Of a stretch of 64,000 nt of DNA, positions 38,568-49,609 are shown in pieces (position 1 is the first letter of the stretch; every line of letters begins with the position of its first letter). The notes beneath the pieces are model-generated. The model searched no databases and had not been told where the DNA came from. It saw nothing but the letters and a program-made list of their open reading frames with translations. The DNA comes from Verrucomicrobiia bacterium (lineage in GTDB: Bacteria > Verrucomicrobiota > Verrucomicrobiia > Limisphaerales > UBA1319), in assembly GCA_963664225.1 (NCBI GenBank), contig OY760937.1, positions 4,960,001 to 5,024,000 of the forward strand, given 5' to 3'. The position numbers were made by a program, and so were the translations under genes.

Positions 38568-39413
38568 ATGACACGAAGAGAGTTTGTTGGAAAAACCGCG
38601 CTGGCGGCTGGAGCTTTAACCATGGGACCGATGATAACTGCCAACGCGGCGCCGTTGAGAATGCCGATTGGATTCCAAACCTTTCCAATCCGCGAAATGC
38701 TGGCGAAGGATTTCGAAGGCACCCTGCGCAAGATGGCGGGGCTCGGATATCAGACTGTGGAGATGTGCTCGCCGCCGGGATACGTGAGCAGCGGGTTTGG
38801 ACCGCTGGTCTCGATGAAGGCGCCGGAGATGCGGAGGATCATCAAATCCGCGGGGCTGAAGTGCGAGAGCTGCCATTACTCATTTTTGGAACTCCGGCAG
38901 AACCTCGACGAACGCATTGCGTTTGCGAAGGAACTGGGGCTCAAGCAAATGATCGCCTCGGGTTTCTGGCTCAAAGAAGACGCCAGGCTCGTCGATTGGC
39001 TCAACGCGTGCGACGAGATCAACGCGATCGGTGAGAAGACCAAGAAAGCGGGCATCCAGCTCGGATTTCACAACCACCACTTCGAGTTCAAGGAACTTGA
39101 AGGGAAACTGATCTATGACGCGATCATGGGTCAGCTCGATCCGAAGTTGATCAAAATGCAATTCCAGGTGGCCGTGGTGAATATCGGCTATGAAGCGGCG
39201 ACGTATTTCACCAAATACCCAGGACGGTTTATATCGATCCACCTGTCCGACTGGTCCGCCGGCAAGAAAAACACGGTGCCGATCGGGCAGGGGATTGTGG
39301 ACTGGAAGAAGCTGTTCGCGGCGGCCAAAATTGGTGGCGTGAAGAATTACTTCGTGGAAATGGACTTCGATACGCTAAAGCCCAGCGCGGAATATTTGCG
39401 CAAACTCAAATGA
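38568..39413 (+). CDS. Tat-exported sugar phosphate isomerase/epimerase (xylose-isomerase-like TIM barrel)
   Basis: MTRREFV Tat signal, GFHNHHFEF, IHLSD, GQGIVDW, YFVE. Confidence 0.88.
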   Translation: MTRREFVGKTALAAGALTMGPMITANAAPLRMPIGFQTFPIREMLAKDFEGTLRKMAGLGYQTVEMCSPPGYVSSGFGPLVSMKAPEMRRIIKSAGLKCESCHYSFLELRQNLDERIAFAKELGLKQMIASGFWLKEDARLVDWLNACDEINAIGEKTKKAGIQLGFHNHHFEFKELEGKLIYDAIMGQLDPKLIKMQFQVAVVNIGYEAATYFTKYPGRFISIHLSDWSAGKKNTVPIGQGIVDWKKLFAAAKIGGVKNYFVEMDFDTLKPSAEYLRKLK

Positions 39414-39697
39414 CGGAACGGAACCTGAGTGCGTTATCCCCTCTTCAATGAATTGTGGAGTTCTATGATTTGTCGGGGAGGGGATGGGTGTCTTCTGGTT
39501 CGCTCGTGAGTTGCTGAAAGCCAGAAGCGAGGTGACGCGGGCGGATGGGCTGTCAATTCTCGCACAAGGTCAGCATCTGACGAATTGTTTTTGCAAGTAA
39601 CATTGCGGTCAATGTACAACAATCTTTTCGATGCTTTTAGCCATTGCAAACGTCGAGTGACCAAAAAACTCATGCCCGTGGTCTGAAACAGTTCTCA

Positions 39698-41158
39698 TTA
39701 TGAGCGCCGGAATTCACCAAGCGTCAGCCAGCCTGGCTTGTCCTGATCCTGGGTGCGATTGGCCCAGCGAAGGGGATTGCCATTGGGCAGGGGATTCATT
39801 GCGCGCAGGAGGAGCCTGTAAGAGCCGGGCGGAAGCAAGGTGGTATCGATTTCATACGCCCATTGGGTGGATGGATCGCCAGGAAGAATGCCCGTGAGCT
39901 TCCAATTGGTGCGCCAGGTTTGGGTGATTTTGCCCTGAGCGTCGAGTGCGGCCAGTTCGACCGGCCAATCGTAATAAAATGGCGCCACGCCTGCGTTGGT
40001 CAGTGTGAGAGAGACCGGAACGCAACCATTGGTCGCAGCGACGGGGATGGAGACATTGGAGACATACAACTCGTAACCAAGTCGGCGCGCGGCCTCAAGT
40101 GCCCGTTGACGCGCGGCCCCTTGGAGCGAAGCGGAGAACACCCCTTCGTTGGAGAGCCACGAGGCGTGAGTGGCGGTCAGACTGCGGTCAAATTCCTGTC
40201 CATGGGGCGCCGAGGTGGGTTCATCAAACAAGCCCTTCCAAACTTCCGGCCGGACTTCGCCGCCGATGGGTTGCGTGCGCCATTTTTCCTGGGCTCCAGC
40301 GCGGCGGAGCAACGTCTCGAAAAACCAGGCATCCGATGGCTTTCCGGTATGCACGGTGGCCCATGCGAAGGAGTCGTCGTGGTAACCGATGGCCCGGTGG
40401 CTGTTATCCGCTTGATGTGGATCGTTTGCGCCACGCGGATAACGCGCGACAAGCCGCGTGCGTTTGAAGGCGGACTCGAAGGCATCCATCACCTCCGCCT
40501 GGACCGTTTTACTCGCGAACCACTCGTCGTGCGGATAATTGTGCCATTCACCCCAGGTGCCGAGGAGGCCCAGGCCAATGAAGCCAATGCGCGGGTCGCC
40601 ATCGTATTTCGCGCCCAGGGCGCGGATGAAACTTACCAGAGCTGTGCGCAAACGCGGGTCTTCATAATCCGGTGTGTCGCTCAGTTGACGAGGAAAAGGC
40701 TGGGTGTTGGAATTGGTCCAGCGATGCATTATCAGACCGTCATCGATGAGATAGCGCGGCACGCCGGTGGGTTTGCCGGGATATTCGAGATAAAATCGGG
40801 CGTAGAATTGATGACCGCGTGCGGCGGAGGCGTTGAGGCGGGTCTCAAAAGGCGTCCAATCAAAACGTCCTTCACCGGTCATCACCGAGGCTACTGATGT
40901 GTAGTCCCACTCCATGCTGTGGGGAAAACTGGTTTTCGAACCCAGATACGGAATAAACCCCTTGAGCGGATTGTCCGGCGGACTGGGCGCGTAGTCCAAC
41001 GCGACGGGTTTGGTTTGCGCGGCATCAGCGGAAATCGTGGGATTATCCGAATGAGCAACGACAGTGCCCCAAAGGAGCACGCCACTCAGGAGAAGCAGCG
41101 CGCCCCAAAGGATCAGGCTCCGTTTACGGATGGGAGCATGGGCAGCGGCGATATTCAC
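39698..41158 (-). CDS. Secreted DUF4832-domain glycoside-hydrolase-like protein
   Basis: DNPLKGF, YDGDPRIGFI..G.WGEWH, IGGE, RLGY, N.GVAPFYYDW; GTGA-coupled to the upstream gene. Confidence 0.75.
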   Translation of the reverse strand: MNIAAAHAPIRKRSLILWGALLLLSGVLLWGTVVAHSDNPTISADAAQTKPVALDYAPSPPDNPLKGFIPYLGSKTSFPHSMEWDYTSVASVMTGEGRFDWTPFETRLNASAARGHQFYARFYLEYPGKPTGVPRYLIDDGLIMHRWTNSNTQPFPRQLSDTPDYEDPRLRTALVSFIRALGAKYDGDPRIGFIGLGLLGTWGEWHNYPHDEWFASKTVQAEVMDAFESAFKRTRLVARYPRGANDPHQADNSHRAIGYHDDSFAWATVHTGKPSDAWFFETLLRRAGAQEKWRTQPIGGEVRPEVWKGLFDEPTSAPHGQEFDRSLTATHASWLSNEGVFSASLQGAARQRALEAARRLGYELYVSNVSIPVAATNGCVPVSLTLTNAGVAPFYYDWPVELAALDAQGKITQTWRTNWKLTGILPGDPSTQWAYEIDTTLLPPGSYRLLLRAMNPLPNGNPLRWANRTQDQDKPGWLTLGEFRRS

Positions 41159-44100
41159 GGTTCGAATCCAAACTCAAGTTCGTTGGCCCAATGGGTCTGC
41201 CAGTCGTTATGGAACGTGAGGCAATTCTCCTTGGAAACACTCCGCTGCGCGGCCAATTCCTGGGCCGGTCCGCGATTGTCGTTCACGCGGAAGGTGAATT
41301 TGACGGTCTGATGTTGATCGACCCGGCGCTTTACGTCGGGAATGGACGACCAGGGCAGGGCGGCCTCGATGATTCTAAGGTTGCCTTCGTGGCGCATGAC
41401 GAGCTTGCCGTCCTTGACCGGTCCGCCGTCGATGGGAGCCTTGGGTTGGCGTGGGTAGAAATGTTTGCGAGGCATTCCGGGCTTGAGCAGACACCAGATT
41501 TCTTCGCCGCCGCCAAACTTTGGAGCCACGGAGTTGAAGACAAATTCGTAATCCGTGTCGGGATAAGCCATATAACGAGGCATGGTGCCCTTGGGATGTG
41601 AATACATGCTTTTCTGCGAAGCGGGAAGGACGTTGAATGCCAGTTGAACATTGTCCGAATTACCGCTGCCCGAGGGAATCTCAAAGTCGCGCCGGTAGGT
41701 AAAGCGCCTCACTCCTGCGGGCCAGACCAATTCCTTGCGTCCGTCCTTGGGTTTCGAAAAGCTTTTTTCGGGATAGAAATAACTATCGTCATCGCGTGTT
41801 TCAAAGCGGGGCCCGCCTTCGTAAGGGGTGTTATCGACCACCTTGGCCGCGAAATAGAAATAGCGGTCGTCATACGCGGTGTAACCGATGGCTAAGCCGT
41901 TTTTGGCATTGGCATCGACCTTCATGAAAGGGAGCCAGGCGGTTTCGGTGAGATTGGCGCGAATACCCTCACCGCCCACGGGCTGGGGCAAAACATCCTT
42001 CCAATCCTCCAGCTTGCCATCGACCTCGATGGTGCGATGGGCAACGACGTTCGCGTGGACTGTTTCCTGGTGCTCGCAGGAGCCATCGCTTCCGGCATCG
42101 AACGCGACCCGGGCGACGTAGCAGTTATCCTCGCGGACCTTGCTGGCCAAAAGAGCCGGTGAATAGATGCGGGTTTCGTGTGGCGCGAGCCTTACCTCCA
42201 TTTTTTGCGGAGCCAGCTCACAGCCATCCACGGAGAAACTCAGTATCCCTTTGACGGGGCGGTTGAGGATGTTCGTGACCTTGACCTTGAGCGTGGGCTT
42301 GCGAGTCACGGGAACGGTGAAATCGCTGACCTCAAACGCCACGGGTTCGTAGCCCTGGATTTTTGCCTTGCGCACTGCGGCGACCAGTTGCTTGAAGGAA
42401 CCTTTGGCGCCTGTGGTGCGCAGGAAATAGCCGAGGCCATTCAGTGGAACCACAATCTGGCCTTGCTGCGATGGCTGGGGATTTCCATAGAAATCGTAGA
42501 GAACGAACCGTCCATTTTGATCCGGGAAGGAGAGCGTGGCATTCTCAATGAGCGGTGTGGCGGCAAGTTTGTTTTCGCCATCGTCACTTTTTGCAGTGGT
42601 GGGCTTTGCATTGTGCGTGAGACTGCCCACGCCACGGAACAAAGTGCGGTCGCGATTATAGACAGCGCCCAGATCGCCCAGCACAACAAGCGTGCCGTCG
42701 TCGTCCGATTTTAAACCATCGAACGCATAAATCCATGGCAGACCGTTCGTAAAGAGAATTCCCTTGAACGCGCGTTGTCCGATGAATTGCTGGACGGCGG
42801 CCACGGCGACGGCTGGCGACCAGGTATGCACCACGGAAACCTGTTTGTTCTCAAGGTCGCGATTCCAGTGCATTTCATAAACGTTTCCGCCGTAAATGCC
42901 CGCAGTGCGGCTTTGGCCCTGCGAGCGCATGGAGGCGATCACTCCGGCCACGCGGTCCTCGGAATTGGCAATCCAGCTTTCGGTGTCCCAGACGCGCACC
43001 GGTCCATAGGGCGATTTGCGATTCATCCAATTGGGCTCGAGCGCTGGGTCCGCTGCGAGTGGCTGGTAGTGAATGCTCACAAAATCAAGCCACTGTAAAA
43101 ACTTGTCCGAACCGTCGGGAAAAAGCTTGTCGCGGGTATTCGTGGAGGAACAGGCCCCGCCAATGAGCACCTGGGTGTGGCCTTCGGTGCGTCCGGCTTC
43201 GGTGCCGCGGGCCATGTGTTCGTAAATCTCCCGAAATCGCAGGCAATCCGCACCCCAGCCTGAGATGGAGACGCCTTCCCACGGCTCGTTCCACAATTCA
43301 ACGGCGTTAACCGGCCCCTTGGGCCAGCCAAATTCGGCTGCAACCATCGTGCACCATTTCTCAAAATCGGCGTCGTATTCGGGCATCCAGGCGTAGTCCT
43401 CTTTGATGTTCTCCATCATTGTGCCGTCCTCCTTGAGCCAGGGCCGGGGCTGTCCCAATGGTTGCGGAGCGCCACCTTCGCCTATGGTCATCAGGACGGT
43501 GATGTTGTGATCCTGCATTTCGCGCAGTTCCTTGCGCAGGCGCGCCCAGCGTCCAGCGAAATCAGGTGCGGTCGTGGGGAAATAGCCGACTCCATAGCGG
43601 CACCCCTTGATACCGAGGCGTTGGAAAAGTTTGTAAGTCTGAACGCTGATTTCGTGAGGCCAGGGCATGTCCATGGCGTAGGTGGGATATTGGACACGGT
43701 CCGGGTCTGCTTTCGGGGCGCGCACCAGGGTGGTCGCCATGGTTCGACCGTGACTCCCAAGGTCCAGGATCAGTGCGTATCCGCCGAAGGCTTCGGGCAG
43801 CGGCGGACGGGCGATCACTTCCGTGTTGGTGCCTGCGGGGATGTTGATGGTGACCGGAATTTTGACGGTTGTGCCGATCTGAAACAAATCCGGTTCCCAC
43901 ACATCGTTGGGTTTACTCTTCGTGCCGTATTGAATAAGTTCCCAATGCCCCTCGCATTGCAGGGGTTCTTTGTTTTTGTTGGTGAGTTTAAAGACCAGTT
44001 CGGATTGTTCGCCCGGCCAGACGACATTGGCGGGAGGGGTGGAACGAATTTCCTCCAGCGTGAATTCTGCCGCCCGGCTTTCCCCGCCAAGGCCGAAGAC

Positions 44101-44229
44101 TTGTTTGTAGCCAGGAATCCGCTCGCCAGTGACCATTTGCGCGCTCGTTTTTACAACCGCGCAAAAGCCTGTTATGGCGGCAAGCAATCCAGCAAGGCCG
44201 CATCGCATCCAATGTTTGGGCATGTGCAT
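41155..44229 (-). CDS. Large secreted glycoside-hydrolase-like protein (clan GH-A-like core plus CBM9-like C-terminus)
   Basis: Signal peptide; ELWNEP acid/base-like motif; VSIHY; VWDTES nucleophile-like motif; IEVDGKLEDW...YDDRYFYFAAKV. Confidence 0.65.
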   Translation of the reverse strand: MHMPKHWMRCGLAGLLAAITGFCAVVKTSAQMVTGERIPGYKQVFGLGGESRAAEFTLEEIRSTPPANVVWPGEQSELVFKLTNKNKEPLQCEGHWELIQYGTKSKPNDVWEPDLFQIGTTVKIPVTINIPAGTNTEVIARPPLPEAFGGYALILDLGSHGRTMATTLVRAPKADPDRVQYPTYAMDMPWPHEISVQTYKLFQRLGIKGCRYGVGYFPTTAPDFAGRWARLRKELREMQDHNITVLMTIGEGGAPQPLGQPRPWLKEDGTMMENIKEDYAWMPEYDADFEKWCTMVAAEFGWPKGPVNAVELWNEPWEGVSISGWGADCLRFREIYEHMARGTEAGRTEGHTQVLIGGACSSTNTRDKLFPDGSDKFLQWLDFVSIHYQPLAADPALEPNWMNRKSPYGPVRVWDTESWIANSEDRVAGVIASMRSQGQSRTAGIYGGNVYEMHWNRDLENKQVSVVHTWSPAVAVAAVQQFIGQRAFKGILFTNGLPWIYAFDGLKSDDDGTLVVLGDLGAVYNRDRTLFRGVGSLTHNAKPTTAKSDDGENKLAATPLIENATLSFPDQNGRFVLYDFYGNPQPSQQGQIVVPLNGLGYFLRTTGAKGSFKQLVAAVRKAKIQGYEPVAFEVSDFTVPVTRKPTLKVKVTNILNRPVKGILSFSVDGCELAPQKMEVRLAPHETRIYSPALLASKVREDNCYVARVAFDAGSDGSCEHQETVHANVVAHRTIEVDGKLEDWKDVLPQPVGGEGIRANLTETAWLPFMKVDANAKNGLAIGYTAYDDRYFYFAAKVVDNTPYEGGPRFETRDDDSYFYPEKSFSKPKDGRKELVWPAGVRRFTYRRDFEIPSGSGNSDNVQLAFNVLPASQKSMYSHPKGTMPRYMAYPDTDYEFVFNSVAPKFGGGEEIWCLLKPGMPRKHFYPRQPKAPIDGGPVKDGKLVMRHEGNLRIIEAALPWSSIPDVKRRVDQHQTVKFTFRVNDNRGPAQELAAQRSVSKENCLTFHNDWQTHWANELEFGFEP

Positions 44230-44307
44230 GATCAATATTGATTGATCATATTGACTTGCTATTCAAGAAAACAGAACGGATGCGACTTTTTTGTATATGG
44301 AGTCCGG

Positions 44308-45768
44308 TCAACGTTTGCCCGGAGGCGCGAATTTACGCGAGACATCGTCCAGCACCAGGATCCAATCCAGAGCTTCTCCCGGCGTTGGAGAGATGAATTC
44401 CTTTTCGCCGGTCGTGGCGAATTCGCCGATTTCAGTCGCTTCGCCATTGCGTGGGTTAAACCACCATGCCTTGACCTTCCCGCCGCTGAGTTTGTCCAAC
44501 CGCACAGAAAACTTGCGGCCAATTGGGGCGTAAATCATGGCATACGAACCTGAGGCGTCGCGTGTGGCGACAAAGCGGTTGCGGCCTGCGCCGGGAACGG
44601 CCGTCGGCACCCTGGCCGTAACTATCAGGGAATCATCGGGAATGCGGCTGAGAATGGGGCGTGATTCCATCAGTTGTCGGGCGTATTTGACCTGTTCGGC
44701 GCCGGGTTGATCCAGTGCTTCAAACCAGGGCATGAGCGGATTGTTGATGGGCGGCCGGCCTTCCTGCCACATTTGCCAGACGGAATGGTGTCCGTAAGTG
44801 TGGCCACAGGCGCCGCTGAACAAATCCCAGTATATCGGGCGGCGAATGTCCGCGGCGATCGAATGTCCGAAACGTTGCGCATCAAAGGAGACCGGGTGAT
44901 CCTCATAGATCGGTTCGCCGTCAATCACCGGTTTGACCGGCGTGCGGTCGTAGTCCACGCGCGTTTTGGTGTAAGTGCCTGTAAATTCGGCCTGATGGCC
45001 GTTTTGGCGCATGTTAAAATCCAGCCATGGGGCGTCTTGAAACCACTGGGAGGAACCTGCGGCTCCCGGGGGATGGAACGTGATCAGGTGGTTGCCGCCA
45101 TCTCCGTTGCGCAAACCGCGCGCCATGGCTTCGAGCACCTTTTTCTGAGCGTCGTTTTCCACAGGGCGATCGCCGCCAAGAATCCAGATGATCGACTTGT
45201 CCTTGTAACGAGCGCCGAGCCATTGTCCGTATTTTTCAGCGTTGTCCTCATTGAACAATGGTTTGCCATCCCTGACCTGATCGTGCCAGTAACGGCCCCA
45301 TGTGGGCAAGAAGCCGATGCACAGTCCAAGGGATTCCGCCTTATTCACGATGAAATCGACATGATCCCAATAGTCGTTATCCGGGCCATTGATTACGGCG
45401 GGGCGTGCAGGGTCCATATCCGTCAGTGGCAAGTAGCCATATGCATTGGCTCCCGCATGACCGTCCAATTCGCCAATGGCCACAGCCTGAATAACTGTAA
45501 AACCCTGATTGGCACGCTTTTCCAAATATTTTTGGGCTTCTTCGCGGTTGAGCCGGTGAAAAAGTTCCCACGCCGTGTCTCCAAGGTAAAAGAAAGGGTG
45601 GCCATCCTGATACACCAGGAAATGGTGATTATCGGAAACTTTAAGGCGTTGGGTTGGTTGCGCGGCGCATCCAAGTGCGGTTAAGGTGATCAAGGCGGCA
45701 ACAGCCGCCTGCAACGGACGGAGCCACACTCCATGCGCGCGTCTGGTGATGAATGTCTGAGTTTTCAT
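44308..45768 (-). CDS. GH140-family glycosidase (DUF4038 plus collagen-binding-like domain; apiosidase-like)
   Basis: [56 protein letters not shown]. Confidence 0.88.
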   Translation of the reverse strand: MKTQTFITRRAHGVWLRPLQAAVAALITLTALGCAAQPTQRLKVSDNHHFLVYQDGHPFFYLGDTAWELFHRLNREEAQKYLEKRANQGFTVIQAVAIGELDGHAGANAYGYLPLTDMDPARPAVINGPDNDYWDHVDFIVNKAESLGLCIGFLPTWGRYWHDQVRDGKPLFNEDNAEKYGQWLGARYKDKSIIWILGGDRPVENDAQKKVLEAMARGLRNGDGGNHLITFHPPGAAGSSQWFQDAPWLDFNMRQNGHQAEFTGTYTKTRVDYDRTPVKPVIDGEPIYEDHPVSFDAQRFGHSIAADIRRPIYWDLFSGACGHTYGHHSVWQMWQEGRPPINNPLMPWFEALDQPGAEQVKYARQLMESRPILSRIPDDSLIVTARVPTAVPGAGRNRFVATRDASGSYAMIYAPIGRKFSVRLDKLSGGKVKAWWFNPRNGEATEIGEFATTGEKEFISPTPGEALDWILVLDDVSRKFAPPGKR

Positions 45769-46052
45769 GAGTCAATGGTTGCTGTCCAATAATTGTCAGA
45801 CAGCGGTGTTCATGGGGCCCGACTTTAACAATTCGGCTTCCGCAATTCTATAAGTAGATTATATTTCTTTTGGAGGATTTTACCCTTTAGGAAGTTGGAC
45901 AAGTCCGTTGGAATCAGGATGTTTATAATTATTAATGTTGCATTGATCAGCGGCGATCACGTACTTTTTAGCCAGACTATGGCCGGGTTATCATCCAACG
46001 CACATAATTGGCGTAGGGCGGGCGGCACACGCTCAAATGAACCATCACAGTC

Positions 46053-48374
46053 ATGCTCACTTTTATGAACACCCCATTGCGCATCCTCCACTTGGAAGAC
46101 AACTCCAGTGATGCCTTGCTGGCTCGAAAGACATTGGAGGAAAGTGGCGTGCAAGCGAATATTCAGACTGTGACCGGCGAAGAGGAGTTCGTTAAAGCCT
46201 TATCCAGCAATTCTTTCGATCTGGTGCTTGCAGATTATAATCTACCCGGTTATGGCGGTGTGGCGGCACTCGAGCATGTACAGGCAAATTACTCCGAGTT
46301 GCCCTTTATTTTTGTATCGGGCTGCATTGGCGAGGATGTTGCGATTGAGTTATTGAAGAAGGGGGCGACCGATTTTGTTTTAAAGGATCGATTGGGGCGG
46401 CTGGGGCTGGCCGTGAACCGGGCGATCGACCAAGTCCTTCAGCGGGTGGAACGTCAGAAGGCTCAGGAGGAGGTGCGCAAGTCCCGGGATTATTATCTGA
46501 CGCTTTTCGACAAGTTTCCCGCGTTGATCTGGAGAGCGAATGGTAGTGGGGAGTGTGACTATTTCAACAGCACATGGCTCGCTTTTACCGGCCGGTCGTT
46601 GGAGCAGGAATTACACGGTGGATGGTCCGAAGGAATTCATCCTGAAGACTTTGCGCAATGCCTCAAAGTTTATTCGGAGTCCATGGCCCGCCGGGAGGCT
46701 TTCGTCACGGAGTATCGGTTGAGGCGTTCTGACGGACAATACCGCTGGGTGACCGATCACGGGCGGCCTTTTTTCTGGCTGGATGGGGAGTTTATCGGAT
46801 ATGTGGGTGTGTGCATGGACATTCACGACCGCTGGTTAATGGCGGAGGCGTTGCGTGAAAGCCGGAATCGTTTTGAACAGGTGTCTGACCATGTAGGCGA
46901 GTGGATTTGGGAGGTGGACGCCCATGGTCTCTATACCTATTCAAATAATGTCGTATCACGCATTCTGGGCTACCAGGCGGAGGAACTGGTTGGCAAACTC
47001 CATTTTTACGATCTTTTTCCGGTTGAACAACGGCAAGCTCTCAAGACCGCCGTTTTCGAGCATTTCAACAAAGGAATACCGTTCGTCAAACATCTGAATG
47101 CCTGTCAGCACAAGAATGGCGAGGTCCTGGTCATTGAAACCAGCGGGACGCCGATTTTCGATAACGACCATAAGTTATTGGGTTATCGCGGTGTGGATAC
47201 GAACATGACAGAGCGCAAGCGTATCGAGGCCGAAATATTCCGCTCGCAACGTCTGGAAAGCATCGGTCGCCTGGCGGGTGGCATTGCGCACGATCTTAAT
47301 AATGTGCTCGCTCCAATCATCATGGCTGTTCCTTTGTTGCGTGACGAGATTACCGGTGAAACGAGTCAGCCTCTGCTTGAAATCATCGAGTCCAACGCCC
47401 GGCGAGGAGCGGCGATTGTCCGGCAGGTGCTGGCGTTTGCCAAGGGAGCTGAAATTCAGCAAACTGCAGTGCAACCGGCATTTTTATTGGAGGAAATGGC
47501 CAAGATCATTTCTGAGACCTTTCCAAAATCGATCGAATTGCGGACGAAGATTGCCCCAAACCTGATTCAAATCAACGGCGATCCCACTCAATTGCATCAG
47601 GTTCTGATGAATCTGTGTGTCAACGCCCGGGATGCCATGCCGGAAGGGGGAGTGCTGACCCTGACTGCAGAGAATGTGGAGCTGGACGATTTTGCCCTTT
47701 CCACCGCGCCACAGGCCCAAAAATCGGCCTCTTATGTGCTTATTACAGTTGCTGATACGGGAATGGGGATTTCGCAGGATAATCTGCCCAAGATTTTCGA
47801 TCCCTTTTTCTCGACCAAGGGTCCCCATTCAGGGACGGGTTTGGGATTGTCCAGTGTAATGGGCATTATCAAAAGCCACTCTGGATTTATCCAGGTTCAC
47901 AGCCAGCCGGGCCAGGGAACCCAATTTAAGATTTATTTGCCGGTGGATACCTCTTCAGCCATGGCCTTTCCCAAAGAGGAATTCAAGTCACTTCCTGTGG
48001 CCAACGGCGAAACAATCCTGGTCGTCGATGACGAACCGAATGTGGTGGATGTGCTGCGCCAGATCCTCGAACGCCAGGGGTACCGCGTTTTATGTGCTTC
48101 CGATGGCACCGAGGCGGTCACGCTTTATGCCCGGCATGGCACCGATATCAAGGTGGTTATTACGGACATGCTGATGCCCTTCATGGACGGCACGGCCACG
48201 ATTCGAGCCCTCTTGAAGATGAATCCGGCTGTAAAGATCATCGCTGCCAGCGGAATGGTGCCCCAGCCCGGACTCGGGGACGTTTTGACTCTCGGTGTAA
48301 AAACATTTCTACGCAAACCGTTTACAAACGACACTCTGTTGCAGGTCGTGCGGGATGTGATGACCCAGTCCTGA
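46053..48374 (+). CDS. Hybrid kinase REC-PAS-PAS-HisKA-HATPase-REC
   Basis: LRILHLED, RSQRLESIGRLAGGIAHDLNN, C-terminal receiver. Confidence 0.93.
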   Translation: MLTFMNTPLRILHLEDNSSDALLARKTLEESGVQANIQTVTGEEEFVKALSSNSFDLVLADYNLPGYGGVAALEHVQANYSELPFIFVSGCIGEDVAIELLKKGATDFVLKDRLGRLGLAVNRAIDQVLQRVERQKAQEEVRKSRDYYLTLFDKFPALIWRANGSGECDYFNSTWLAFTGRSLEQELHGGWSEGIHPEDFAQCLKVYSESMARREAFVTEYRLRRSDGQYRWVTDHGRPFFWLDGEFIGYVGVCMDIHDRWLMAEALRESRNRFEQVSDHVGEWIWEVDAHGLYTYSNNVVSRILGYQAEELVGKLHFYDLFPVEQRQALKTAVFEHFNKGIPFVKHLNACQHKNGEVLVIETSGTPIFDNDHKLLGYRGVDTNMTERKRIEAEIFRSQRLESIGRLAGGIAHDLNNVLAPIIMAVPLLRDEITGETSQPLLEIIESNARRGAAIVRQVLAFAKGAEIQQTAVQPAFLLEEMAKIISETFPKSIELRTKIAPNLIQINGDPTQLHQVLMNLCVNARDAMPEGGVLTLTAENVELDDFALSTAPQAQKSASYVLITVADTGMGISQDNLPKIFDPFFSTKGPHSGTGLGLSSVMGIIKSHSGFIQVHSQPGQGTQFKIYLPVDTSSAMAFPKEEFKSLPVANGETILVVDDEPNVVDVLRQILERQGYRVLCASDGTEAVTLYARHGTDIKVVITDMLMPFMDGTATIRALLKMNPAVKIIAASGMVPQPGLGDVLTLGVKTFLRKPFTNDTLLQVVRDVMTQS

Positions 48375-48518
48375 TCGCTTAATATACGCAGTCATGGGGC
48401 TTGTGACGATCCCCTTTCGGTCCAATCGTTTGTGGTAAATCAGGTAAACTGTGCCAATCTGGCGCAAATCACGATAACGGTTTGACTTGGCATGGGTGTA
48501 AACGTAACTTGACGTGTC

Positions 48519-49568
48519 ATGTTTGTCGCTGAAACGAAACAGGCTGCAACGACTGTAACGGGCCTCTGCAAAGGTGTAAAAGTATCCTGGAAGGATATTG
48601 CTGCGCCTGCACAACCATTTTTGGAGAAGGTTGCCTCCCAACTAGCCTCCCAGATCAGCGGGTTTGAGCCTGAAATAGCCGGTTACGCCCAGTATGCCCT
48701 GGCCAGTCAGGGCAAACAAATGCGTCCGGCATTGGTCGCGTTGAGCGGCACGGCGTCTGGACGGGCCAACGACAGTCTTGTAACTGTTGCGGTGATCATC
48801 GAGATGGTTCATTTGGCAACGCTGGTGCATGACGACGTCATGGACTCGGCTCAAATGCGTCGTCGGCGTCCCACACTGGCGGCCAACTGGGGCAATGAAA
48901 TATCCGTTTTATTGGGGGATTGCCTGTTTGCCCAAGCGGTGAAATTGGCGGCTGGTTTTCCGACCACGGAAATATGTCGCGCGGTGGCTACCGCAACCAA
49001 GACGGTATGTTCGGGGGAGATTATTCAGGCCCAGCAGCGTGGGAATTTGCAACTGACGGATTCGGAATATTTTCGAATTCTCGCCATGAAAACGGCGGAA
49101 CTCTTTGCCTTATCGTGCGATCTGGGTGCGAGCCAGACCAAGGCACCGGTCCCGATTCGAACGGCGTTGCGTCATTACGGGATGGCGTTGGGAACGGCCT
49201 ATCAGGTGTATGACGATTGCCTGGACCTTTTTGGGCGCGAGTCCGAGGCGGGCAAGTCGTTGGGGACGGATTTGGCCAATGGCAAGTTTACTTTACCGAT
49301 ACTGGTGGCCTGGAAACGCGCGGATGACGGGCAGCGGGGACGTCTGCGCGACTTGATCATGCCATGGGATCGGAAAGCCCTGTCGGAGGTTATCGGAATA
49401 CTCGATCATCTGGATGCCTTGGGAGAATGCCGCCGGGTCATTCATCAATACCTGGATGCCGCGCACCAGCACCTGTCGATTCTTGAAAACAGCGAAAGTC
49501 GTGATGCACTGCATGCATTTTGCGCCTTTTTGGCGCAACAAACGGACCAACTGGGTGTTAATCTGTAG
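48519..49568 (+). CDS. Polyprenyl-diphosphate synthase (IspB/HepT-like)
   Basis: GKQMRP, HLATLVHDDVMD, KTAELF, YQVYDDCLD, GKSLGTDL. Confidence 0.93.
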   Translation: MFVAETKQAATTVTGLCKGVKVSWKDIAAPAQPFLEKVASQLASQISGFEPEIAGYAQYALASQGKQMRPALVALSGTASGRANDSLVTVAVIIEMVHLATLVHDDVMDSAQMRRRRPTLAANWGNEISVLLGDCLFAQAVKLAAGFPTTEICRAVATATKTVCSGEIIQAQQRGNLQLTDSEYFRILAMKTAELFALSCDLGASQTKAPVPIRTALRHYGMALGTAYQVYDDCLDLFGRESEAGKSLGTDLANGKFTLPILVAWKRADDGQRGRLRDLIMPWDRKALSEVIGILDHLDALGECRRVIHQYLDAAHQHLSILENSESRDALHAFCAFLAQQTDQLGVNL

Positions 49569-49609
49569 CAGGCAGATAAGCAAGCGGACAACTTTTTGTT
49601 GAAGGAATT

